Assembly: GCA_024679065.1 (NCBI GenBank)
Contig: JAGIQG010000009.1
Coordinates: forward strand, 111,414,001-111,478,000
DNA length: 64,000 bases
Reading direction: 5' to 3'
From: Sphyrna mokarran
Taxonomy: Eukaryota
Positions within the stretch are counted from its first letter, which is position 1; every line of letters begins with the position of its first letter. The notes beneath the pieces were generated by a model. The model saw nothing but the letters and a program-made list of their open reading frames with translations, had not been told where the DNA came from and did not search any database. Of this stretch, positions 12,955 through 24,851 are shown piece after piece. The translations under genes and the position numbers were made by a program.

Positions 12955-13305
12955 GGGAGTTGGTGCCATAGTAACATTGTCACTGGGCTCGTAATTCAGA
13001 GACACCGAGTAATTCCTCTGGGTTCGGATCCCGCCGTGGCAGATGGTGAAAGTCAGATTCGATTAAATGTGGAATTATAATCATAACCATCATCGATCAT
13101 CACAAAAACCCATCTGGCTCATTAATGTTCCTTTAGGGAAGGAAATCTATCGTTTTTACCAACTCTCAGCTACATGTGACTCCAGAGCCACAGCAATATG
13201 GTTGACTCCTAAGTGCCCCCTGAAACACAACTCAATCAAAGAACAGTGAGGGATGGGCAGCAAATGCCAACTTGGCCATTAACGTCTGCATCCCCCAATG
13301 AATAG
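12955..13305 (+). mobile_element. Second SINE family (DeuSINE/SacSINE1-like)
   Basis: Shared core ctttagggaaggaaatct..ctacatgtgactccagagccacagcaatgtggttgactct..gggatgggcaataaatgc. Other copies at about 24340-24665(-), 27085-27240(-), 47645-47875(-), 52990-53325(+), 55420-55760(+), 63350-63720(-). The family name is inference. Confidence 0.6.
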
Positions 13306-13469
13306 AGAATGAGTCCGGATGTGAGATTTGAAGCCAGAGGTAGGGACGTTACACACTGTGTCACCAAATTTAACCTTTCCGATGAGAAATGAGGTGCCAG
13401 CGGGATCGGCATAATAAAGTGGAGGGTCTATTTTAAACAGAATTTAACCTGAAAAAACAAGGTTTCCCT

Positions 13470-16400
13470 TGGGGTTAACACTGCAGTGTTACAGTACCAG
13501 GGACCCGGTCACACAGGGGTTAACGCTGCAGTGTCACTGTACCAGGGACCCGGTCACACAGGGGTTAACGCTGCTGTGTCAATGTACCAGGAACCCGGTC
13601 ACACAGGGGTTAACACTGCTGTGTCACTGTACCAGGACCTGGTCACACAGGGGTTAACGCTGCTGTGTTACTGTACCAGGGACCCGGTCACACAGGGGTT
13701 AACGCTGCAGTGCCACTGTACCAGGACCCGGTCACACAGGGGTTAACGCTGCAGTGTCACTGTACCAGGGACCCGGTCACACCGTGGTTAACACTGCAGT
13801 GTCACTGTACCAGGGACCCGGTCACACAGGGGTTAACGCTGCAGTGTCACTGTACCAGGGACCCGGTCACACAGGGGTTAACACTGCTGTGTCACTGTAC
13901 CAGGACCTGGTCACACAGGGGTTAACGCTGCTGTGTTACTGTACCAGGGACCCGGTCACACAGGGGTTAACGCTGCAGTGCCACTGTACCAGGACCCGGT
14001 CACCAGGGGTTAACGCTGCAGTGTCCTGTACCAGGGACCCGGTCACACCGTGGTTAACACTGCAGTGTCACTGTACCAGGGCCCGGTCACACAGGGGTTA
14101 ACGCTGCAGTGTCACTGTACCAGGGACCCGGTCACACAGGGGTTAACACTGCTGTGTCAATGTACCAGGAACCCGGTCACACAGGGGTTAACACTGCTGT
14201 GTCACTGTACCAGGACCTGGTCACACAGGGGTTAACGCTGCTGTGTTACTGTACCAGGGACCCGGTCACACAGGGGTTAACGCTGCAGTGCCACTGTACC
14301 AGGACCCGGTCACACAGGGGTTAACGCTGCAGTGTCACTGTACCAGGGACCCGGTCACACCGTGGTTAACACTGCAGTGTCACTGTACCAGGGACCCGGT
14401 CACACAGGGGTTAACGCTGCAGTGTCACTGTACCAGGGACCCGGTCACACAGGGGTTAACACTGCTGTGTCACTGTACCAGGAACCCGGTCACACAGGGG
14501 TTAACGCTGCTGTGTCACTGTACCAGGACCTGGTCACACAGGGTTAACGCTGCTGTGTACTGTACCAGGGACCCGGTCACACAGGGGTTAACGCTGCAGT
14601 GTCACTGTACCAGGGACCCGGTCACACAGGGGTTAACGCTGCAGTGTCACTGTACCAGGGACCCGGTCACACAGGGGTTAACACTGCTGTATCACTGTAC
14701 CAGGAACCCGGTCACACAGGGGTTACGCTGCTGTGTCACTGTACCAGGACCCGGTCACACAGGGGTTAACGCTGCTGTGTCACTGTACCAGGACCTGGTC
14801 ACACAGGGGTTAACGCTGCTGTGTTACTGTACCAGGGACCCGGTCACACAGGGGTTAACGCTGCAGTGCACTGTACCAGGACCCGGTCACACAGGGGTTA
14901 ACGCTGCAGTGTCACTGTACCAGGGACCCGGTCACACAGGGGTTAACACTGCAGTGTCACTGTACCAGGGACCCGGTCACACAGGGGTTAACGCTGCAGT
15001 GTCACTGTACCAGGGACCCGGTCACACAGGGGTTAACACTGCTGTGTCAATGTACCAGGAACCCGGTCACACAGGGGTTAACGCTGCTGTGTCACTGTAC
15101 CAGGACCTGGTCACACAGGGGTTAACGCTGCTGTGTTACTGTACCAGGGACCCGGTCACACAGGGGTTAACACTGCAGTGTCACTGTACCAGGGACCCGG
15201 TCACACAGGGGTTAACGCTGCAGTGTCACTGTACCAGGGACCCGGTCACACAGGGGTTAACACTGCTGTGTCACTGTACCAGGAACCCGGTCACACAGGG
15301 GTTAACGCTGCAGTGTCACTGTACCAGGACCCGGTCCACAGGGGTTAACCTGCTGTGTCACTGTACCAGGACCCGGTCACACAGGGGTTAACGCTGCTGT
15401 GTCACTGTACAGGACTGGTCACACAGGTGTTAACGCTGCTGTGTTACTGTACCAGGGACCCGGTCACACGGGGTTAACGCTGCAGTGTCACTGTACCAGG
15501 GACCCGGTCACACGGGGTTAACGCTGCAGTGTCACTGTACCAGGGACCCGGTCACACAGGGGTTAACACTGCTGTGTCACTGTACCAGGACCCGGTCACA
15601 CAGGGTTAACGCTGCTGTGTCACTGTACCAGGACCGGTGACACAGGGGTTAACGCTGCTGTGTCACTGTACCAGACGGTCACACAGGGGTTAACGCTGCT
15701 GTGTTACTGTACCAGGGACCCGGTCACACAGGTTACCTGCAGTGTCACTGTACCAGGACCCGGTCACACAGGGGTTAACGCTGCTGTGTCACTGTACCAG
15801 GGACACGGTCACACAGGGGTTAACACTGCTGTGTCACTGTACCAGGGACCCGGTCACACAGGGGTTAACACTGCAGTGTTACAGTACCAGGACCCGGTCA
15901 CACAGGGGTTAACGCTGCAGTGTCACTGTACCAGGGACCCGGTCACACAGGGGTTAACACTGCAGTGTCACTGTACCAGGACCCGGTCACACAGGGGTTA
16001 ACGCTGCAGTGTCACTGTACCAGGGACCCGGTCACACAGGGGTTAACGCTGCTGTGTTACTGTACCAGGGACCCGGTCACACAGGGGTTAACGCTGCTGT
16101 ATCACTGTACCAGGACCGGTACACAGGGTTAACGCTGCGTGTACTGTACAGGACCCGGTCACACAGGGGTTAACTGCTGTTCACTGTACCAGACCCGGTC
16201 ACACAGGGGTTAACACTGCTGTATCACTGTACCAGGGACCCGGTCACACAGGGGTTAACACTGCTGTTTCACTGTACCAGGACCCGGTCACACAGGGGTT
16301 AACACTGCGTGTTACTGTACCAGGACCCGGTCACACAGGGTTAACTGCTGTGTACTGTACCAGACCCGGTCACACAGGGGTTAACGCTGCTGTGTCCTGT

Positions 16401-18710
16401 ACCAGGACCTGGTCACACAGGGGTTAATGCTGCTATGTCCTGTACCAGACCGGTCACACAGGGTTAACGCTGCGTGTCACGACCAGGACCGGTCCACAGG
16501 GTTAACGCTGCTGTGTCACTGTACCAGGGACCCGGTCACACAGGGGTTAACGCTGCTGTGTCACTGTACCAGGACCCGGTCACACAGGGGTTAACGCTGC
16601 TGTGTCACTGTACCAGGCCCGGTCACACGGGTTAACGCTGCTGGTCTATACAGGAACCCGGTCACACAGGGGTTAACGCTGCTGTGTCACTGTACCAGGA
16701 CCCGGTCACACAGGGGTTAACGCTGCTGTGTCACTGTACCAGGACCCGGTCACACAGGGGTTAACGCTGCTGTGTCACTGTACCAGGACCCGGTCACACA
16801 GGGGTTAACGCTGCTGTGTCACTGTACCAGGACCCGGTCACACAGGGGTTAACGCTGCTGTGTCACTGTACCAGGGACCCGGTCACACAGGGGTTAACCT
16901 GCTGTGTCACTGTACCAGGACCCGGTCACACAGGGGTTAACGCTGCTGTGTTACTGTACAAGGGACCCGGTCACACAGGGGTTAACGCTGCTGTGTTACC
17001 GTCCGGGACCTGGTCACACAGGGGTTAACGCTGCTGTGTTACCGTACCAGGACCTGGTCACACAGGGTTAACGCTGCAGTGTTACCGTACCAGGACCTGG
17101 TCACAAGGGGTTAACGCTGCAGTTTACCGTACCAGGGACCTGGTCACACAGGGGTTAACGCTGCAGTGTCACTGTACCGGGACCCGGTCACACAGGGGTT
17201 AACGCTGCAGTGTCACTGTACCAGGACCCGGTCACACAGGGGTTAACACTGGTGTGTCACTGTACCAGGGACCCGGTCACACAGGGGTTAATACTGCTGT
17301 GTTTCTGTACAAGGGACCCGGTCACACAGGGGTTAACGCTGCTGTGTTACCGTACCAGGGACCTGGTCACACAGGGGTTAACGCTGCTGTGTTACCGTAC
17401 CAGGGACCTGGTCACACAGGGGTTAACGCTGCAGTGTTACCGTACCAGGGACCTGGTCACACAGGGGTTAACGCTGCAGTGTTACCGTACCAGGGACCTG
17501 GTCACACAGGGGTTAACGCTGCTGTGTTACCGTACCAGGGACCTGGTCACACAGGGGTTAACGCTGCTGTATTACCATACCAGGGACATGGTCACACAGG
17601 GGTTAACGCTGCAGTGTCACTGTACCAGGACCCGGTCACACAGGGGTTAACGCTGCAGTGTCACTTTACCAGGACCCGGTCACACAGGGGTTAACACTGG
17701 TGTGTCACTGTACCAGGACCCGGTCACACAGGGGTTAACGCTGCAGTGTCACTGTACCAGGACCCGGGCACACAGGGGTTAACGCTGCAGTGTTACTGTA
17801 CCAGGGACCCGGTCACACAGCGGTTAACGCTTCAGTGTCACTGTACCAGGGACTCGGTCACACACCGGTTAACACTGCAGTGTCACTGTACCAGGGACCC
17901 GGTCACACACGGTTAACGCTGCTGTGTCACTGTATCAGCGCCGGTCACACAGGGGTTAACGCTGCAGTTTCACTGTACCAGGACCCGGTCACACAGGGGT
18001 TAACGCTGCAGTGTCACTGTACCAGGGACCCGGTCACACACCGGTTAACACTGCTGTATCAATGTACCAGGGACCCAGTCACACAGGGGTTAACACTGCA
18101 GTGTCACTCTACGAGGGACCCAGTCACATAGGGGTTAACTCTGCAGTGTCACTCTACCAGGGACCCGGTCACATAGGGGTTAACACTGCTGTTTACTGTA
18201 CCAGGGACCCGGTCACACAGGGGTTAACACTGCAGTGTCACTGTACCAGGGACCCGGTCACACAGGGGTTAACACTGCTGTGTCTCTGTACCAGGGACCC
18301 GGTCACACCGTGGTTAACACTGCTGTGTCACTTTACCAGGGACCCGGTCACACAGGGGTTAACACTGCTGTATCTCTGTACCAGGGACCCGGTCACACAG
18401 GGGTTAACACTGCAGTGTCACTGTACCAGGGACCCGGTCACACAGGGGTTAACGCTACTGTATCAGTGTGCCAGGGACCCGGTCACACGGGGGTTAACGC
18501 TACTGTATCAGTGTGCCAGGGACCTGGTCACACGGGGGTTAACGCTGCTGTATCAGTGTGCCAGAGACCCGGTCACACGGGGGTTAACGCTACTGAATCA
18601 GTGTGCCAGGGACCCGGTCACACAGAGGTTAACGCTACTGTATCAGTGTGCCAGGGACCCGGTCACACAGGGGTTAACGCTACTGTATCAGTGTGCCAGG
18701 GACCCGCAGT
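13470..18710. repeat. Tandem satellite, 44-45 bp unit GGGGTTAACGCTGCAGTGTCACTGTACCAGGGACCCGGTCACACA, roughly 115 copies, in the last intron of the Ig-like gene
   Basis: Direct periodicity; it accounts for all the repetitive ORFs at 13469-18717. Confidence 0.97.
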
Positions 18711-20338
18711 GATGTAAATAAACTTAAATTTAATGCTCCAATCTCATCGATATTCATTTTCTTTAACACTGAACACTGATGAAACTTTTCATCTTGCACC
18801 CATCAGGACAAAGACAAGAATACCAAATTTCAAACCATCTCAACCATTGCCACACAAGACAAAAAAACGTCCTGCATTTATTGTCCATTCCTGACCTTGA
18901 CCTGAGTGTTTTGTTCAGCCAATTCAGAGGGCAGTTCCGATCGCCCACATTGCTGTGGCTCACAGAATTCCTGCAGTGCAGGGGGATGCCATTCAGCCCA
19001 TCCAGTCTGCACCTGCCACAAACGCACCCAGGCCCTATTCCTCAGGTGGCACGGTGGCACACTGGTTCGCCCTGCTGCCTCACAGCAACAGGAACCTGGC
19101 TCCGAATCCAGCCTTGGATGACAGTTCAGAGATTGCAGGTTCTCCCCAGATCTGTGTGGGTTTCCTCCGTCTGCTCCGGTTTCATCCCACAGTCCGAAAA
19201 GGCAAAGAAAATTACAGCGCAGGAACAGGCCCTTTGGCCCTCTAAGCCTGCACTGACCATGCTGCCCAACCAAACTAAAACCTTACAGGGAAGATATCCC
19301 TCCATTCCCATCCATAATGATCCCCCTTAAATGTCACTATCTGTTTCCACCAGCAGCAAGTTCCAGGCACCCATCCCATTCTGTGTGAAAAAATTGCCTC
19401 CTACATCTCCTTTATACCTTGTCCTTCACACCTTAAACTTGAGTAATTGTCTCTTCCACCCTGGGAAAAAGCTTCTGACTATTCACTCTGTCCGTGCCTC
19501 TCATAATCTTGTAGACTTCTATCAGGTCCCCCTCAACCTCGTCGCTCCAATGAGAATAAATGAAGATTTTTCCCACCTCTCCTCATAGCTAATGCCCTCC
19601 ATACCGGGCAACATCCTGGTAAATCTTTTCTGTACTCTCCCCACATCCTTCTGGTAGTGTGGGCAACCAGAATTGAACACTATATTCCAAGTGCGGCCTC
19701 ACTAAGGTTCTATAAAGCTGCAACATGACTTGCCAACTTTTAAACTCAATGCTGGTTAAGATGTGCTGGTTAGTTGCATTGACTGTGCTAAATTCTCCCT
19801 CAGCGTACCCAAACAGGCACCGGAGTGTGGCCAACAGGGGATTTTCATAGTAACTTCATTGCAGTGTTAATGTAAGCCTGCTTGTGACCCTAATAAATAA
19901 GCTTTATAATTTTGTCGTAACACCACATATTTACCCTGCTAATGCCCCCTGGCACTGAGGGTCAATTTAGCACGGCCAATCCACCTAACCAGCACGTTTC
20001 TTGGACTGTGGGAGGAAACAGGAGCACCCGGAGGAAACCCACGCAGACATGGGGAGAATGTGCTTGCTTTACATAGACAGCTAGACTGGGCAAGAACGGC
20101 AGATTTCTTTCCTTAAAGGACATTAGTGAACCAGATGGGATTTTCTAACAATCGACAATGGTCTTTAATTCCAGATTTTAGTAAATTCGAATTTTACCAT
20201 TTGCCGTGACGGGATTTAAATGCAGATCCGCAGAGCCTGTGGATCAATAGCCCAGTGACACTACGGCAGCATCTCTCGCACGTGGCAATTAACCAGTGGA
20301 TTTTAAATTTCCAGGACAGGACAAGTTGCCGAGTTTAC

Positions 20339-20657
20339 CTGATCTGGAACCATTTTTCAATTGGAAATGTGAGAGACTCATGTCCAACCACACACGTGTA
20401 CGCTTGCGTGCGATCCACCTCGGACAGGGCGATGGTCAGCTGGCTTAGCGTGCTGTACATCCCGCTGGTGTCCTGGATCACTGGAAAGTCCGTCACGCCT
20501 CCCAGCACCTGTAATCCCTGCTCTGTTCTCCAGCTGACGTAGACGTCAGACGGGTAAAACCCCGAGACAAAACATGCCAAGGTCACTGTCCGCGGCAGGC
20601 GAGAGTCTCCGAACTGAATCCTGATGGGAGTTATCGTCGGCTGGCGGAAGACAAGTT
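20339..20657 (-). CDS. UrIg: C1-set Ig constant domain exon 3 of the UrIg-like gene
   Basis: Acceptor gctttggacag|AA, donor AG|gtaaac (phase 2), 319 nt. Motifs VTLACFVSGFYPSDVYVSW, GMYSTLSQLTI, YTCVVGHESL. If unspliced, the frame stops at TAA 20335-20337. Confidence 0.92.
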
Positions 20658-20869
20658 CTGTCCAAAGCACAAATAAAAGACTTTGTTAACAGGTAACATC
20701 CTTCCAGCGGTCAGTGAGGCTTTAGCATCGGAGGCTGTGCTTTCACTCAGAGGCTGGGGAGCTTACGTACAGGAGAGTGGACTCAGAGAGAGGATAGGGA
20801 GGTAAGACAGGAAAAGATCACATTAACCACCCCTTATAGACCCCCACTCAATTCCACTGAGAGTGAAAC

Positions 20870-21070
20870 ATTGATAACAGGCAGTGAATATAGAACTACA
20901 AGGTGGACTGTGTAACAGGCAGACAATACACTGATATGAGTTGGGGTGTGTAACAGGCAGACAATGCACTGATATGAGGCATGGTGTGTAACAGGCAGAT
21001 AGTGCACTGACATGCGTTGAGGTAGGTAACAGGCAGATGCTGCGCTGATATGAGGTGGGTGATTAACAGG
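20870..21070. repeat. Short minisatellite, about 39 bp unit (TAACAGGCAGACAATGCACTGATATGAG...), about 5 copies
   Basis: Direct periodicity in the intron between C exons 2 and 3. Confidence 0.75.
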
Positions 21071-21189
21071 CGGACAGAGGAATTCTATGACTGTTGCTAT
21101 CTCCAGTTCATTCCCCCCACTATAAAGACATGGTGACATTACAGGAGGTGGTGTCAGTGAGAAGTATTGCTAGGACAGAGTGCTCCTAC

Positions 21190-21513
21190 CCAGAGTTTTA
21201 TTGATAGTTTGAACGATCCCATCCGGGGCTGACACGTGCTGGATCTCGCAGGAGTAGACGGAGCCCTGATTCCATTTCTGTGCACTGGATGTGAGCTCGC
21301 TCTGAGCACTGTAGGTCCCGTTCTGGTTTAGAATCGACGGGTAGTTCTTCACGTCTTCCACCACCACTGGGCTGCCATTGATGAACCAACGGAAAGAAAT
21401 GCCCGCTGGGTAAAAACCGGCCGCCAGGCAGACAAGGGTGGCCTTCCCCGTCATGTCGATTTCCTCGAAGGTCGGGGGCATGACGTAAAGCGCTGGTTCC
21501 ATTGGATAACGCT
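21190..21513 (-). CDS. UrIg: C1-set Ig constant domain exon 2 of the UrIg-like gene
   Basis: Acceptor tggtccgcag|AG, donor G|gtagga, 324 nt, phase 1-1. Motifs PALYVMPPTFEE, ATLVCLAAGFYPAGISFRW, NGTYSAQSEL, KWNQGSVYSCEIQH. Confidence 0.93.
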
Positions 21514-23648
21514 CTGCGGACCAATCACAAACAGTGTCAACACAAGAAGTCAATGCTACACCGTGTCCTGGTAATTGTGACCAATTACCATCCGGGTACC
21601 TTGCACGGAGGGAGCCGTCACTCTCACAGTGACGTATCACCACTGCTTTCTGACCCCGCACACTATTACCCATCATCAAAGTCCCAGGTGATTCATCTTG
21701 AGATTCCCAGCGGGTGTCACCCACTCTGGCCAATAGTTGAACCCCTCAAGCAGTCTCTTATTTAGACACCAGAATGTGGCAACTGTATTGGCGTCAGGAG
21801 TGATCCATCTCATCTCTGGTCTCTCGATATTGTTGCTTCCCTTCCTGTGGTACGCTAAGGCAGACTTTCCTCTGTTCCCGTAGTTAGTTATTCCTAGGAC
21901 AGGTCATTAGTCTGTCACAGGGTTGGGGGGGGGGAGGAGGTTTATAGCTTGAGGGACGCCACTCTACAACAAACATGGTTGACCAGGAAGCCTCTTCTGC
22001 TCTCATCGCCAACCACTGTCCTGTTTGGAAGGATTTGCTGGTCAACACTCCACCTGCTTGACCATGTTATGACCGCACACCTTCATCGGCTGTCCGGTCC
22101 CTGGGGTGGGATTCGAACCCAGAGCTTCTGGCTCAGAGGCAGAGACACTAACCCACTGCGCCACATGGGAACCTCCTTCTGACACTGCGCTGACATTGAA
22201 GGATTAAGTTAACACCTCTCCTTTCCCCTCCCATTCTGTAAACCCATATTCCCCCCCCAACCCCTCATCCCTCCCAACGCCCACAATCCCATGCCCACCT
22301 TCCCAGAAGCCACCCCCCACAACCCCACCCCCCAACCTTACCCATCCCTTCCCCTCCACCAACCCTCCCCCTTCTCTCCTCCCCAACCCCACCCCCTTCT
22401 CTCCTCCCCAACCCACCCCCTTCTCTCCCACCACCCTCTCTCCCCCACCTTAACCCACCATCCCCATCCCCCTCCCTCTTCCCTGCCCCAACACCTCTGG
22501 GGGATTTTTAGCCACTCAGCATTGCGTTCGAGAATCGGTCTGTCTTGGAACAAACCCAGTATCTGGGACTCCAACCTCAGGCAAACAGAGAATGATCACT
22601 CTCAGTGAGGAAGTGGGTCTCGTTTTATTAATTTACGGGATGTGGGTGTGGGAGGCCAGGCCAACATTTATCACCCACCCCTAATTGCCCCTCGGGAACG
22701 TGGTGGGTGAGCTGCCTTCTCGAACCCGCTGCAGTCCCTGAGGTGCAGGTACTCCCACAGCGCTGTTAGGGAAGGAGCTCCGGGATTTTGACCCAGTGAA
22801 GGAGCGGCCAATACATTTCCAAGTCGGGATGGTGAGGGAACCTCCAGAGGGTGGTGTTCCCAGGAATCTGCTGCCCTTGTCCTTTTGGCTGGGAGTGGTT
22901 CCGGGTTTGGAAGGTGCTGTCTAAGAACCTTGGTGAACTACTGCGGTGCATCTTGTAGATGTTATACACGGCTGTCACTGTGCATTGCTGATGGAGGGGT
23001 GGATGTTTGCGAACTGCTTTGTCCTGATGAATACTCATTAGGCATCCTTATTTCCAGAATAAGCAAAAGAGGAAAGTTGACTTATTAGGGTCACAAGTAG
23101 GCTGACATTAACACTGCAATGAAGTTACTGCGAAAGTCCTCTAATCGCCACCCTCCGCTGCCTGTTCGGTTACACTGAGGGAGAATTTAGCACGGCCGGT
23201 TTAGCGCCCTAACCTCTCTCTCAGACTGTGGGAGGAAACCCACGCAGACACGGGGTGGGCGGGGGAGCTCTATACAGACAGTGAGCCAAGCCCAGGAATC
23301 GAACCCGCGTGCCTGGCGCTGTGGGGCAGCAGTGCCAACCACCGTACACCCAGAAGGAGGTCCAACGAGATTGGAAACCAACTTGGGTAGATCAGGGTTG
23401 GTGGGCGGAGATGAGGGGAGGAGGGGGTGTGATGTGCAGGGTAGGGGAAGGAGGTGCTGAGGGGGGGGTGGGGGCGGAATTGGAACGAGCCAATTGAAGT
23501 CAGATGTCGGGAATGCAGAAGGAGGGAGGCGCCGAGATGGAGAAAACAAGGATAATTGGTCCAAATTACTTTTTCCGCTCCTGGGAGGTTGTAGCTCTTT
23601 CATTCTGACTTCCTAGCCCAGAACAGCTCCGTAAGAAGTGTCACGTAC

Positions 23649-23966
23649 CGGTGTTACTGATGTGCCTGGTTACTGGCGAGGGTAACATTTCGTGCGACAC
23701 TTTGCAGCTGACGACAGCGCCCCTCATCCAATCGGCCGTCTGGACGGTCAGTTTGCTGATCTTGGAGTAGGTGCCGTTGTCAGCCGATAGGGAGGGGGAC
23801 GTGGAGACCCCCTCCTGGACCAGCTCGCCACCCACGTGCCAGGTGATGGTGAGCTCGGCCGGGAAGAAGTCCTCGGCCACGCACAGCAGCGAGACGTTCT
23901 TCCGCTGGAAGATGTCCTCGGGGTGAGGATTGTGGAAGTGAACCAGCGGGGGCGACGGCGAGGGAG
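23649..23966 (-). CDS. UrIg: C1-set Ig constant domain exon 1 of the UrIg-like gene
   Basis: Acceptor ttgccttccag|CT, donor G|gtacgt, 318 nt, phase 1-1. Motifs VSLLCVAEDFFPAELTITW, NGTYSKISKLTV, DW, SCKVSHEMLPSP. Confidence 0.93.
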
Positions 23967-24851
23967 CTGGAAGGCAAGCAACAGACAGACGTGGAATGAA
24001 CGCCACCCCTCCCGGGGACAAGTATAGACAACACAACAATGACTGACCACTGCCCCCCGCCCCCACAAAGCCCCGCATCAATTTCCCGAGTTACAAAGAT
24101 CGGAAGGGATTAGCACATCGGGTGGAATTTCCAAGCCCCTTTTACTTCAGTCTTCCAGTCCCGCCGAAGAACTCGCTGCATTTTCCAGGACCTTTGGTGA
24201 GTGGGCGGATAAGTGGGGCTAAATCCACGAGAAGGAAGGGGCAACATGTCTGAGCATGCGGGGACGGGTTTTACTCTGAGGGAAGCTCTGCCTTTGGAGA
24301 TATCCTGACCCCAGTCTGAACAGGACTATGGGAGTTTTCTATTCATTCCTGGGACATGGGTGTTGCTGGCTGGACCAGCATTTATTGCCCATCCCTAGTT
24401 GCCCCTTGGAGGGGCAGTTGAGAGAGAACCACATTGGCTCTGGAGTCACATGTAGGCCAGACTGGGTAAGGACAGCAGATTTCCTTCCCTAAAGGGAACC
24501 AGATGGGCTTTTCCCAACAATGGGTCATCAGTAGATTCTTAATTCCAGATTTTTTTATATTGAATTCAAATTCCACCATCTGTCGTGGCGGGATTCGAAC
24601 CCGGGTCCCCGGGACATTAGCTAAATTTCTGGATTAATCATCTGGTGATAATCCCACTGCGCCACAGCGAGGGTAACTGAGTCGCCTCAGCTTGTAATAA
24701 GGTGTGAGCACAGTCCTGTAGGTTACACACAGTCAGCGCAGCTTTACTGGGGGTTATTGCTGGTGTAACTCGATGGGCTGAAGGGCCTTTTCCCCACTGT
24801 ACTTCTCTGTGTGACTCCCAGCCCTAACTGGAGAAGGTTGAAAGTTTAAAC

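Noticed and set aside
13469-18717. Long repetitive ORFs, or a CRISPR-like array
   Set aside because: Head-to-tail satellite with no unique spacers, in eukaryotic intronic DNA.
12601-20338. A transmembrane exon for the Ig-like gene
   Set aside because: No spliceable hydrophobic segment of about 20 aa was found by eye; the interval is satellite, SINE and LINE. A very small exon cannot be excluded.
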